From assembly GCA_902761975.1 (NCBI GenBank), contig CACWMG010000002.1, positions 4,179 through 68,178 on the forward strand: DNA of 64,000 nt, written 5' to 3'. This DNA comes from Candidatus Avelusimicrobium pecoris. Lineage in GTDB: Bacteria; Elusimicrobiota; Elusimicrobia; Elusimicrobiales; Elusimicrobiaceae. The position numbers and the translations under genes were made by a program. Of this stretch, positions 46,142 to 55,271 are shown piece by piece (the stretch's first letter is position 1; each line of letters opens with the position of its first letter). The notes beneath the pieces were generated by a model that saw nothing but the letters and a program-made list of their open reading frames with translations, was not told the origin of the DNA and did not search any database.

Positions 46142-47019
46142 TTGAAAAAATGCTCCAACAAATATTCTACAATTTGGCGCCCGTTCATGGCGGCCCCTTT
46201 GAGTAAATTGTCAAACGTGACAAAATAATGGATAATTTTGGGGTCTTCCACGTCGGCGCGTAAACGGCAGATAAAGGTGTCTTCCTGCCCGCTGGCCTCT
46301 TTGGGGGTGATAATGCCCTCTTTATACACTAAGTTGGGCCAAGCGTTCCACAATTTTTTAACTTGGTCTAAATCAAAATTTTCTTGCGCTTTTAAGGTAA
46401 CGCCTAACGAGTGGGCGTTTTCCACCGCTACGCGCACGGTGTGGCAATATACTTTAAAGTGCGGCCAACCCATAATTTTGCGCGTTTCGTACAGCCCTTT
46501 GAGCTCCTCGCTCGTGTGTCCGTTGGCTTGCACGGAGCCAATGAGTGGGACGCAGTTGTTGGCGTATAAAGAGCCGGGGGTGTGGAAATCGTCCAATAGT
46601 TTTTTGCCGCCGCCGCTAATGGCCTGATAGGAGCAGAAAAACGCTTCGGTCAAATGATAAAACGGTGCCAAGGGCGCTAGCGACATCACAAGCCCGGTGG
46701 TGGTGCAGTTGGGGCTGGCAATCAGTTGCGTGTGGGCGGTAATGGTGTGGGGGTTAATCTCCGGGATGACGAGCGGAACGCCAGGCGTTTGCCGAAATTC
46801 GGACGACATATCCACCATAAATTTCACGCGGTTTTTAAGCTGTGGGACTAAGGCCGCACTGACGGGATTGTCCGTGCAGAGTACCGCAATATCTAAGGCC
46901 GGGATTTCGTCGTTGCGGCCGAACGTTTTTAGTTCAAACGGCGTTTTTACTTTTTTAAGTTGAGCCAGTACATTTTGCCCTACTTTGCCGTTAATTCCAA
47001 TAATACCTACGGTTGTCAT
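46138..47019 (-). CDS. asd: Aspartate-semialdehyde dehydrogenase
   Basis: PLVIPEIN, ASPNCTT, YQAISGGG, DNLLKGAA; ATG 47019 overlaps the dapA stop. Confidence 0.92.
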   Translation of the reverse strand: MTTVGIIGINGKVGQNVLAQLKKVKTPFELKTFGRNDEIPALDIAVLCTDNPVSAALVPQLKNRVKFMVDMSSEFRQTPGVPLVIPEINPHTITAHTQLIASPNCTTTGLVMSLAPLAPFYHLTEAFFCSYQAISGGGKKLLDDFHTPGSLYANNCVPLIGSVQANGHTSEELKGLYETRKIMGWPHFKVYCHTVRVAVENAHSLGVTLKAQENFDLDQVKKLWNAWPNLVYKEGIITPKEASGQEDTFICRLRADVEDPKIIHYFVTFDNLLKGAAMNGRQIVEYLLEHFFK

Positions 47020-47903
47020 ATTAAAAATTCCTTGGGGGTTTGCGCCAAAAGTGCGTCTAATTTGGCTTTGCTGTGCGCCGAGATGGTGCCCAGCGGCAAG
47101 CGCACTACGTCCGTGCCGTACCCTAATTTGTGAAGTACATATTTGATACAGGTGGGGTTGGTTTCTAAGTAGCACGCTTTGACAAGCGGATAAATTTGTG
47201 CAAAAACGTCAAACGCCGCTTGCGGGTGGTTGGATGTGAACAGATTGTAAATTTTTACAAACGCCGGGGCCAGTACGCACGCGGCGGCACTGATAATGCC
47301 GGCGGCGTTTAGTGCCAAAAAATGCGGGAAAAGGTCGTCATTGCCGCACAGATAAGACAGGCGGTTTTTGTAAAATACAGCTGTGTCCGTGACGTGGGAC
47401 ATATCGTAATCGGACTCTTTTATTCCTATAATTTGCGGCACTTCTTTTAGTAGCGCACTTAAAACGGGTGCGGCTAATTTTTGGCCGGTCCGGCCCGGAA
47501 TATGATAAAGCACCAAAGGTACTTGTGCATCGGCGGCGGCTTTAAAATGAGCCACCATCCCCGATGGGTTTGGTTTGTTGTAATACGGCGTAACCACCAG
47601 GGCGGCGTCGGGCGCGTAAGCGGCGGCTTGGCGTACGTTTTCTACGGTAGAAAGCGTGCTATTGGTTCCGCAACCTATAATTAACCGGCGACCGGCTTGT
47701 TTAATTTCGGCCGCGCAAACATCTAAAATTTGTTTTTTTTCAAGCGCGCTAAGGGTGGGCGTTTCGGCCGTCGTCCCTAAGAGGACTACGCCGTGCACAC
47801 CGGCATTGAGTTGGGCGCGTAATAATTGAAGTAAAGAGGGAGTGTCCAGCGTGCCGTCCGGCAAGAACGGGGTGGCAAGCGCGGTAAAAACACCTTGTAG
47901 CAT
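47016..47903 (-). CDS. dapA: 4-hydroxy-tetrahydrodipicolinate synthase
   Basis: GTTAE, VTPYYNKP, YHIPGRTG, GIKES. Confidence 0.95.
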   Translation of the reverse strand: MLQGVFTALATPFLPDGTLDTPSLLQLLRAQLNAGVHGVVLLGTTAETPTLSALEKKQILDVCAAEIKQAGRRLIIGCGTNSTLSTVENVRQAAAYAPDAALVVTPYYNKPNPSGMVAHFKAAADAQVPLVLYHIPGRTGQKLAAPVLSALLKEVPQIIGIKESDYDMSHVTDTAVFYKNRLSYLCGNDDLFPHFLALNAAGIISAAACVLAPAFVKIYNLFTSNHPQAAFDVFAQIYPLVKACYLETNPTCIKYVLHKLGYGTDVVRLPLGTISAHSKAKLDALLAQTPKEFLI

Positions 47904-47973
47904 AAAAGCCTCCTGTGTTCATATTGTAGCAATTTAATTGGTATAATAAAGTAACTTATTTAAGGGGTCTACT

Positions 47974-49005
47974 ATGAGTGAAGAAATGTCTAACGAAGTA
48001 AAAGAAACTCCCGCCGTGCAAAACGCCGCCCAACGGCCCGGCACGTGGGGAGCCCTGTTGCTGATTTTGTTTTTAGTGTCGTCGGTTTGCGGGATTTATT
48101 TAAGCGTAAAACCGGGGATGAAGTGTGATAAACAACCGGCTAAAAATGAAAGCGTAGGGGCGGCGTTGTCGTCCTTAGCGGCCAAAAGTGATAAGGGCAG
48201 TGTGGCGTGGATTAAAGTGCGCGGCGTGATTGCCACGGATAATTCATCCTCCCCGTTTGCCCGCCCGCAAGGCGCGGGGGCTATTGCCAAAAAAGTGCGT
48301 GATGCTGGCGAAGATGACGACGTAAAAGCCATTGTGCTGGATATTAACTCCCCCGGCGGCACCGTAGCCGCGGTGCAAAACATTTATAGCGAAATTTTAC
48401 GTGCTAAAAAGAACGGCAAAAAAGTAGTGGCATTGTTCCGCGACGTGGCGGCCAGCGGCGGGTTTTATATTGCCATGGCGGCGGACAAAATTGTGGCCGA
48501 ACCGGGGACGATTACGGGCTCGGTCGGTGTGATTATGCAAGGGGCCAACGTAGAGGGGCTGTTTGAAAAAATTGGCGTGAAAATGGTGCCGATTACGTCG
48601 GGCAAATACAAAGATATGGGCTCTGCCTACCGCCCCATGACAGATGCCGAAAAAGCACTCTTGCAAGATATGGTAGATGATACGTACACGCAATTTTTTG
48701 CCGCGGTAAAAGCCGGGCGGCCCAATGTGGAAGAGGCGGTTTTGAACGAATATACCGACGGACGTGTATTTACCGGGCAACGCGCGTATAAGCTGGGGTT
48801 TATTGACCAGTTAGGCGGCGAAGAAGAAGCGTTAAATTTGGCCGGGGAACTGGCCGGGATAAAGGACCCGAAAATTATTTCTTCTAAGTCCGACAATCTG
48901 CGCGATTTTATTTTCTCGTTTGGCTCGTCCGTGGAAAGTGCGAGCGTAGTGAAACAACTAGAAGCGTTGACAACGCCCAGTGTGTCTTATTTGTGGATGA
49001 ACTAA
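47974..49005 (+). CDS. sppA: Signal peptide peptidase SppA (S49)
   Basis: INSPGG, AASGGFYIA, TGSVGV, GRVFTG. Confidence 0.93.
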   Translation: MSEEMSNEVKETPAVQNAAQRPGTWGALLLILFLVSSVCGIYLSVKPGMKCDKQPAKNESVGAALSSLAAKSDKGSVAWIKVRGVIATDNSSSPFARPQGAGAIAKKVRDAGEDDDVKAIVLDINSPGGTVAAVQNIYSEILRAKKNGKKVVALFRDVAASGGFYIAMAADKIVAEPGTITGSVGVIMQGANVEGLFEKIGVKMVPITSGKYKDMGSAYRPMTDAEKALLQDMVDDTYTQFFAAVKAGRPNVEEAVLNEYTDGRVFTGQRAYKLGFIDQLGGEEEALNLAGELAGIKDPKIISSKSDNLRDFIFSFGSSVESASVVKQLEALTTPSVSYLWMN

Positions 49006-49571
49006 TGAAACATTTACTTGGTAGCTATTTTTTGTATATGCAGGACCCCGCCGCCGGCGTGCGCCGGCTACTTACCCGGCGGTCTTTCCGGCAGGCGTGC
49101 TTGGGGTATTTGGTAGGGGCTCTGAGCTGGGTATTGTTTTTTAATATCGGCGACCAGTTAAGTATTTTTGCACTATGCTTTAAACTGCTGGTTGTGTTTT
49201 TAGCCGAAATTACCGCGGGGTATTTTGTGGCCGCTTTGTGCGGACTATTTTTGGATTTGCGCCGTGTGAAAGTGTCCGCCGCGCAGTTGTTTGTGCTGGT
49301 GGGCAGTGCGGGGTTTATCCAGGCGCTTTTGATTGCGTTTGCGCTCCTCTCTGCCGCGTGGCCGCAAGGAAACTTGGGGATATTGGCCCCGTTTGCAGTG
49401 CTACTGGTATGGGCGTTGCAACTGGTGTATTTGGTGCGCGGCCTTAAACACGTATGGGATGTGAGCACCGGCGAAGCACTGGGCGGGTGGCTGTTTGGCT
49501 TGGTACCGGTGGGTGCGGCGTTTGGGTTGGTAGGAATTTTCTTTATTTGGTTTTTAGTTGTGTTGTTTTAA
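48993..49571 (+). CDS. Multi-pass membrane protein (Yip1-like); start may be 49005
   Basis: About five hydrophobic helices; follows sppA. Confidence 0.55.
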   Translation: MDELMKHLLGSYFLYMQDPAAGVRRLLTRRSFRQACLGYLVGALSWVLFFNIGDQLSIFALCFKLLVVFLAEITAGYFVAALCGLFLDLRRVKVSAAQLFVLVGSAGFIQALLIAFALLSAAWPQGNLGILAPFAVLLVWALQLVYLVRGLKHVWDVSTGEALGGWLFGLVPVGAAFGLVGIFFIWFLVVLF

Positions 49572-49604
49572 AAATAAATAGTTTATTTCTATAGGTTAGG
49601 CATC

Positions 49605-50711
49605 ATGGGTTCGCATCAGAAATTGAATTATATTCATGTTTTCCGTGCGTTGGCTATTTTTATTATTGTGGCCGGGCATTGTGTAGCCGGAACAGGTCCC
49701 GTTTCGAGACCATTGTTGCAAAGCATTGTGCAGGATGGCACGGTGCTTTTTGTGTTTATATCGGGTTTTTTGTTTCAATATTTATCCGATGGGTTTGCTT
49801 ATAAACCTTATTTGAAGAAAAAGTTTTTCAATATTATTTGTCCGTATTTGTTTACTTCTATACCGGGGATTGCTTTTCTTTTGTTGGTTCCCCGATTAGA
49901 TCCCTTTGACGGAGTGAATAAAGTATTGCAAATCCCTATGTTTTTAACAACCGGATGGTTCCATAATTTACCCACTTGGTATATCCCTATGACATGCGTA
50001 TTTTTTATTTGTGCGCAATTGTTGGTGAACTTACGCCAAAGAAATTTCATCGGGAGCAAAAAACCGTTATTGTTTTGTGTGCTACCGCTGTTGCTACTCT
50101 TTTCAGCTTGTTTCCCCCGGTTACCATTTGGTGTGTTTGTGTTACCCTCTTTTTCCGCATGGCAGACATATGTGGGAACGCTGAAGATGTTACTTTTTGA
50201 ATCGGCCTTATTTTTTCCTGTTTATATTTTGGGGATGTTTTTAGCGGCCTACCGGGATAAAATTTTCTTGCTTTATAAATACAGAGGTTGGTTATGGGCC
50301 GGGCTTTTGCTGTCCACAATAATTTCTTTTCAATGTTTGTACGAGCATGTTTTTGCAGGTAGATTATTAATCTCCAAGTTGTTTTTAACCCTTTTGTCTT
50401 TGGGCTATTTGGAACATTACGATGCTAAATTGCTTGGCGTGCCCAAATTAAATCATGGGCTGGGGGTAGTGGCTGATTATAGTTTTGCGATATTTTTTAT
50501 TCACAACTATTTAATTAAGGTTTATTCTGCGGTTTCCCGGCATTTGTTTCATATAAAACTGTCTGTCGAAACAGATGTTTGGAAATGGGCAATCTACGAA
50601 ATAGTGGAATTGGGGTGTATTTTCTTAAGCAGTTTGTTGCTTGCTATGTTTCTTAAAAAACTTCTTACCTGGTTTGGTATTAAGCATACGCGGTGGTTTA
50701 TCGGCGTGTAA
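49605..50711 (+). CDS. Acyltransferase family 3 (OafA-like) membrane protein
   Basis: FRALAI..VAGH, FVFISGF, WYIP, YSFAIFFIH. Confidence 0.88.
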   Translation: MGSHQKLNYIHVFRALAIFIIVAGHCVAGTGPVSRPLLQSIVQDGTVLFVFISGFLFQYLSDGFAYKPYLKKKFFNIICPYLFTSIPGIAFLLLVPRLDPFDGVNKVLQIPMFLTTGWFHNLPTWYIPMTCVFFICAQLLVNLRQRNFIGSKKPLLFCVLPLLLLFSACFPRLPFGVFVLPSFSAWQTYVGTLKMLLFESALFFPVYILGMFLAAYRDKIFLLYKYRGWLWAGLLLSTIISFQCLYEHVFAGRLLISKLFLTLLSLGYLEHYDAKLLGVPKLNHGLGVVADYSFAIFFIHNYLIKVYSAVSRHLFHIKLSVETDVWKWAIYEIVELGCIFLSSLLLAMFLKKLLTWFGIKHTRWFIGV

Positions 50712-50733
50712 AAGCTTTTTTGGGTAGAAAAGA

Positions 50734-50946
50734 TAGGTGCGGGTGGAGATCGGCCACAAGTCGCCTTACTGACGTGCGGCGCTCGCGGCCCCGGCTCGCC
50801 ATCCTCGCCTTTCGCTTACGCTCAAACTCGGATATGGCTGCGCCTTTCGATTCCCGACGCAACACCAAGCAGTTGGTGTTGCTCCAACGACCTAATTTGT
50901 TAAAATAAAAACCCCCTTGCGGGAGTTTTCATTCTAACAAATTAGG
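50734..50946 (-). repeat. tRNA-Cys 3'-linked repeat with terminator-like foldback
   Basis: 13-bp duplicate of the tRNA 3' end at 50734-50746; inverted T-arm at 50846-50855; hairpin 50891-50946. Confidence 0.6.
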
Positions 50947-51015
50947 TGCGGGTGGGAATCGAACCCACGAATAAGAGTTTTGCAGACTCTCGCCTTACCA
51001 CTTGGCCACCGCACC
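50944..51015 (-). tRNA. tRNA-Cys (GCA)
   Basis: GGTGCGGTGGCCAAGTGGTAAGGC..CTGCAAA..GGTTCGATTCC; cloverleaf. Confidence 0.95.
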
Positions 51016-51072
51016 GTCAAAATAATTCAAATTATATTCTTATTATAGCAAAAATAAAAGTTTACCGCAACG

Positions 51073-51175
51073 AAAAACCCCGGCACCCATAATGCCGGGG
51101 ACAAAAAAGACGGGAGGCCGATGTCCCCTACAAGAGACGTTCCCGTAAAATCGGGTCTGTGTTGGCACTCCCTTA
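51073..51175 (-). ncRNA. Candidate small RNA (~100 nt)
   Basis: TTGACA-16-TATACT promoter at 51181-51208, internal hairpin, terminator CCCCGGCA..TGCCGGGG-TTTTT. Confidence 0.45.
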
Positions 51176-51236
51176 CTGGTAGTATAAGGGTATATGGCAA
51201 ATTGTCAAGGCCTATATTTAAAAAAATTTAAAAGGA

Positions 51237-51272
51237 GGAGATCCCCGATAGAAACCCTCGGGGATGACAGCC
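51237..51272 (-). repeat. GTCAT-type REP palindrome
   Basis: GGAGATCCCCGA..TCGGGGATGACAGCC, same family as 39951-39986 and 18072-18114. Confidence 0.8.
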
Positions 51273-51418
51273 TTATAACTTTACAGTTGCATAAACCAGA
51301 CCAATTTGTTATAATAAAAATGTAAATGACCCCTGCGGGGGTCGTTTTTATCGGTACCTACGCCCTAAAAAATTGTTGCTTTTAGGCAAATTTTGGTATA
51401 ATAGTAAGGTAGTAATTT

Positions 51419-51489
51419 GCGGGCGTGGTTCAATGGTAGAACACTAGCCTTCCAAGCTTGTGACGAGGGTTCGATTCCCTTCGCCCGCT
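51419..51489 (+). tRNA. tRNA-Gly (TCC)
   Basis: GCGGGCG acceptor, CTTCCAA loop, GGTTCGATTCC. Confidence 0.95.
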
Positions 51490-51503
51490 AGTAAATTTGT
51501 GTT

Positions 51504-51576
51504 GCTGGGGTAGCTCAGTAGGTAGAGCATTTCCATGGTAAGGAAAAGGTCGTGGGTTCGATTCCCACTCCCAGCT
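51504..51576 (+). tRNA. tRNA-Thr (GGT)
   Basis: TTTCC-ATGGTAA-GGAAA anticodon arm. Confidence 0.95.
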
Positions 51577-51605
51577 GAAAATTTGAAGTAATAAAAGTAG
51601 GTAGT

Positions 51606-51678
51606 GCTGGGGTAGCTCAGTAGGTAGAGCATCTCCATGGTAAGGAGAAGGTCGTGGGTTCGATTCCCACTCCCAGCT
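51606..51678 (+). tRNA. tRNA-Thr (GGT), second copy
   Basis: TCTCC-ATGGTAA-GGAGA anticodon arm. Confidence 0.95.
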
Positions 51679-51717
51679 ACCTAAAACTAACGAAATAAAT
51701 TAAGGAGAACTAAACAA

Positions 51718-52908
51718 ATGGCTAAAGAGAAATTTTCTCGCAGCAAACCGCACGTGAACGTCGGTACCATTGGTCACGTAGACCACGGTAAGACCACGCT
51801 CACCACCGCTATTACCAAAGTATTAGCGAAAGAAGGTAAAGCCAAAGCTATGGCTTATACCGACATCGCCAAAGGCGGTGTAGTACGTGACGCTTCCAAA
51901 ATTGTAACGGTAGCCGTATCTCACGTAGAATATGAATCCGACAAACGCCACTATGCGCACATCGACTGCCCCGGCCACGCTGACTACATTAAAAACATGA
52001 TCACCGGCGCCGCGCAGATGGACGGTGCTATCTTGGTAGTTTCCGCCGAAGACGGCCCGATGCCGCAAACCCGCGAACACGTACTGCTTGCCAAACAGGT
52101 AAACGTACCGAAACTCGTGGTATTTTTAAACAAAGCCGATTTAGTTGACGACAAAGACATGTTGGACCTCGTGGAAGAAGACGTCCGCGAACTTTTGGGC
52201 AAATATGACTTTGACCGCGACAACACCCCGATCATCCGCGGTTCTGCTTTAAAAGCCATTGAAGGCGACCAAAGCGAACTGGGCGAACCCAGCATTCACC
52301 GCTTGATTGACGCGTTAGATTCTTGGATCCCCGAACCCAAACGCGAAACCGATAAACCGTTCTTGATGGCTGTAGAAGACGTATTCTCTATTACCGGCCG
52401 CGGTACGGTAGCTACCGGTCGTATTGAACGCGGTAAGGTACACGTGGGTGATCCGCTCGAAATCATTGGTTTCCGCGACACCCTGAACACCGTTGCCACG
52501 GGTATTGAAATGTTCCGCAAACTCTTGGACGAAGGTATCGCCGGCGATAACGTAGGTATTTTGCTACGCGGTATTGACAAGAACCAAGTGGAACGCGGCC
52601 AAGTATTAGCCGCCCCCAAAACGGTAACCCCGCACAAACACTTCAAAGGCCAAGTGTACATCTTGAAGAAAGAAGAAGGCGGCCGCCATACGCCGTTAGC
52701 CAAAGGCTATAAACCGCAATTTTACCTCCGCACCACGGACGTAACCGGTGAATTGTCTTTTGACCAAGACATGATTATGCCTGGCGATAACGCCGAAATT
52801 GAAGTAAAACTTATTACCCCGGTAGCTATGGAAGAAGGGTTGCGCTTCGCTATCCGCGAAGGCGGCCACACCGTAGGCGCTGGTGTAGTAACCAAAATTA
52901 TTGAGTAA
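51718..52908 (+). CDS. tuf: Elongation factor Tu
   Basis: [34 protein letters not shown]. Confidence 0.98.
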   Translation: MAKEKFSRSKPHVNVGTIGHVDHGKTTLTTAITKVLAKEGKAKAMAYTDIAKGGVVRDASKIVTVAVSHVEYESDKRHYAHIDCPGHADYIKNMITGAAQMDGAILVVSAEDGPMPQTREHVLLAKQVNVPKLVVFLNKADLVDDKDMLDLVEEDVRELLGKYDFDRDNTPIIRGSALKAIEGDQSELGEPSIHRLIDALDSWIPEPKRETDKPFLMAVEDVFSITGRGTVATGRIERGKVHVGDPLEIIGFRDTLNTVATGIEMFRKLLDEGIAGDNVGILLRGIDKNQVERGQVLAAPKTVTPHKHFKGQVYILKKEEGGRHTPLAKGYKPQFYLRTTDVTGELSFDQDMIMPGDNAEIEVKLITPVAMEEGLRFAIREGGHTVGAGVVTKIIE

Positions 52909-53011
52909 CTTAAGTAACTTGCATGTTTAGTTCTCTACCGCAGGGCGGGGGTTTCCCCGCCTCTGCGGAAGTGAACACGACGCAAGTTCACCTAGTTAGA
53001 AGGAAAAAAAG

Positions 53012-53173
53012 ATGGCAACCGAAAGAATGACAATCGCGCTGATTTGCACCGAGTGCAAAAATAAGAACTATTATAAAGTGCGCGGTAAAAAGAAAGAGTA
53101 CAAATTAGAACTCAACAAATTCTGCAAAGCCTGCGGAAAACAAACGGTGCACAAAGAAGGCAAAGCCTCGTAA
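53012..53173 (+). CDS. rpmG: 50S ribosomal protein L33 (Zn-binding type; not in ORF track)
   Basis: MATERMTIALICTECKNKNYY..LELNKFCKACGKQTVHKE. Confidence 0.96.
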   Translation: MATERMTIALICTECKNKNYYKVRGKKKEYKLELNKFCKACGKQTVHKEGKAS

Positions 53174-53181
53174 AATTTTGT

Positions 53182-53256
53182 GGGAGCGTCGGTTAACTGG
53201 TAAACCACCGGTCTCCAAAACCGGGACTGAAGGTTCGAGTCCTTCCGCTCCTGCCA
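53182..53256 (+). tRNA. tRNA-Trp (CCA)
   Basis: CCGGT-CTCCAAA-ACCGG; encoded CCA; rpmG-trnW-secE synteny. Confidence 0.95.
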
Positions 53257-53281
53257 GGTTTTATACTAAGGAAAACCACCT

Positions 53282-53470
53282 ATGAATAAAGCAATCCAAT
53301 TTGTAAAGGATTCTGTTAGCGAACTGAAAAAATCTACCTGGCTTTCCAGGCAAGAAGTCATCCAATCCACCATTTTGGTGGGCATTGTTGTGGTGTTGGT
53401 ATCGGCTTACGTCGGTATCATTGACTTTGGCCTTACGCGCATTTTAGGCGCCGTAGTAGGAGGAAACTAA
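53282..53470 (+). CDS. secE: Translocase subunit SecE
   Basis: ELKKSTW, single TM helix, upstream of nusG. Confidence 0.93.
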   Translation: MNKAIQFVKDSVSELKKSTWLSRQEVIQSTILVGIVVVLVSAYVGIIDFGLTRILGAVVGGN

Positions 53471-54009
53471 TGACGCAAGAAATTCCTACCGCTTGGTACG
53501 TAGTACACGTACAAACCGGGTACGAAGAAAAAGTTCGCAAGAAAATTTTGCTGGACATTGAAACCCACCAAATGGGCGACCGCGTCCTGCAAGCGCTTGT
53601 TCCTACCGAAGAAGTGCGTGAAGTAAAACAAAATAAAGAAATCCGCCACCAACGCAAATTTTTCCCTAGCTATGTGCTAGTACAAATGCAAATGACGAGC
53701 GAATCCTACTGGTTTATCCGCAACATTACGGGGGTAACCGGATTTTTAGGAGGCTCCACCCCGGTACCGCTGCCCGAAGAAGAAGTAGCTGATATCTTAG
53801 ACCGCATGAACAACCCGGGCGGCAAACCGAAATACTTGGTGGAATTTAAACGCGGCGAAAGTGTGCGCATTACCGAAGGCCCGTTTAAACATTTCATTGG
53901 GGTTGTAGAAGAAGTGAACGAACAAAAGAGCAAACTAAAAGTAATGGTAACGGTGTTTGACCGTGCTACCCCGGTGGAAGTGGACTTCTTACAAGTAGAA
54001 AAGAACTAG
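53470..54009 (+). CDS. nusG: Transcription factor NusG
   Basis: WYVVHV..GYE, FFPSYVLV, KOW motif VRITEGPF. Confidence 0.97.
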   Translation: MTQEIPTAWYVVHVQTGYEEKVRKKILLDIETHQMGDRVLQALVPTEEVREVKQNKEIRHQRKFFPSYVLVQMQMTSESYWFIRNITGVTGFLGGSTPVPLPEEEVADILDRMNNPGGKPKYLVEFKRGESVRITEGPFKHFIGVVEEVNEQKSKLKVMVTVFDRATPVEVDFLQVEKN

Positions 54010-54047
54010 ATTTTACCGCGTAAGCAGTAAAAATTATGGAGTAACAA

Positions 54048-54482
54048 ATGGCAAAAGAGAAAAAAATTAAAGGATACATTAAATTGCAAATTCCTGCCGG
54101 CGCTGCCAACCCGGCCCCGCCTGTGGGCCCGGCCTTAGGTCAGCACGGTGTGAACATCATGGAATTTTGCAAACAATTCAACGCCAAGACCGCTAAAATG
54201 GAAAAAGGGATCAAGATCCCGGTCATCATCACCGTGTTTGAAGACCGCTCTTTCACCTTTATTACCAAAATGCCGCCTATGGCTACGCTGATTATCAAAG
54301 AGCTTAAACTGGCCAAAGGGTCCGGGGCTCCGCACAAAGATAAAGTCGGCAAGATTACGCAAGCCCAATGTGAAAAAATCGCGGCCGCCAAACTGCCCGA
54401 TTTGAACACCAAAGACATCAAACAAGCTGCCGAAATGGTAAAAGGTACCTGCCGCAGCATGGGCGTGGACGTAGTTAAATAA
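54048..54482 (+). CDS. rplK: 50S ribosomal protein L11
   Basis: [15 protein letters not shown]. Confidence 0.98.
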   Translation: MAKEKKIKGYIKLQIPAGAANPAPPVGPALGQHGVNIMEFCKQFNAKTAKMEKGIKIPVIITVFEDRSFTFITKMPPMATLIIKELKLAKGSGAPHKDKVGKITQAQCEKIAAAKLPDLNTKDIKQAAEMVKGTCRSMGVDVVK

Positions 54483-54531
54483 TTTAAACTGAGGGAGGGC
54501 GCAAGCCCGCTTGAACCTAAGGAGAATATAG

Positions 54532-55206
54532 ATGGGAAAAAGACTAGAAGCTGCCGCAAAAGCGTACGATAAAAAGAAAGTGTACACCGTAGAAGAAGGC
54601 GTGCAAATCGTAAAAGATAATGCAAAAGCCAAATTTGACGAAACGGTGGAACTGCACGTAAAGCTGGGCATTGATACCAAAAAAGCCGACCAACAGGTCC
54701 GCTCCACGGTAGCCTTGCCGCACGGTACGGGTAAAACCAAACGCATTGCTGTTATTGCCAAAGGCGAACATGCGCAAGAAGCGCAAAAAGCCGGCGCCGA
54801 TAAAGTAGGATGCGAAGACATTGTGGAAGAAGTGCTCAAAGGCAAAATTGACTTTGACGTACTCGTTGCCACGCCGGACACCATGAAAGATTTAGCCAAA
54901 GCCGCTAAAATCTTGGGTCCGCGCGGTTTAATGCCCAACCCGAAATCCGGCACCGTAACGTTTGACTTAGCCAATACGATTAAAGCTTTGAAAGCCGGCC
55001 GTATTGAGTTTAAAGCCGATTCTTACGGGATCGTACACGCCATTATTGGTAAAGCGTCCTTTGATGCTGCCAAATTGGCGGAAAACGCAAAAGCGGTGTT
55101 AGAAACCATTCTGCGCGTAAAACCCAGCACGTCTAAAGGGATTTATGTGCAGAGCATCTCGGTCAGCTCTACGATGGGCCCTGGGGTGTTTGTAAATAAC
55201 AAGTAA
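54532..55206 (+). CDS. rplA: 50S ribosomal protein L1
   Basis: AKFDETVE, LGPRGLMPNPK, STMGPG. Confidence 0.98.
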   Translation: MGKRLEAAAKAYDKKKVYTVEEGVQIVKDNAKAKFDETVELHVKLGIDTKKADQQVRSTVALPHGTGKTKRIAVIAKGEHAQEAQKAGADKVGCEDIVEEVLKGKIDFDVLVATPDTMKDLAKAAKILGPRGLMPNPKSGTVTFDLANTIKALKAGRIEFKADSYGIVHAIIGKASFDAAKLAENAKAVLETILRVKPSTSKGIYVQSISVSSTMGPGVFVNNK

Positions 55207-55225
55207 CAAACTCTCTTTTGCACGA

Positions 55226-55259
55226 AAAAACAACCCGCTCCAATGAGCGGGTTGTTTTC
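55226..55259. terminator. Bidirectional intrinsic terminator
   Basis: AAAACAACCCGCTC..GAGCGGGTTGTTTT. Confidence 0.85.
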
Positions 55260-55271
55260 TGTATAAGGCTT

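Noticed and set aside
54135-54974. Long antisense ORFs over rplK/rplA and other core genes
   Set aside because: Shadow ORFs of strongly codon-biased genes
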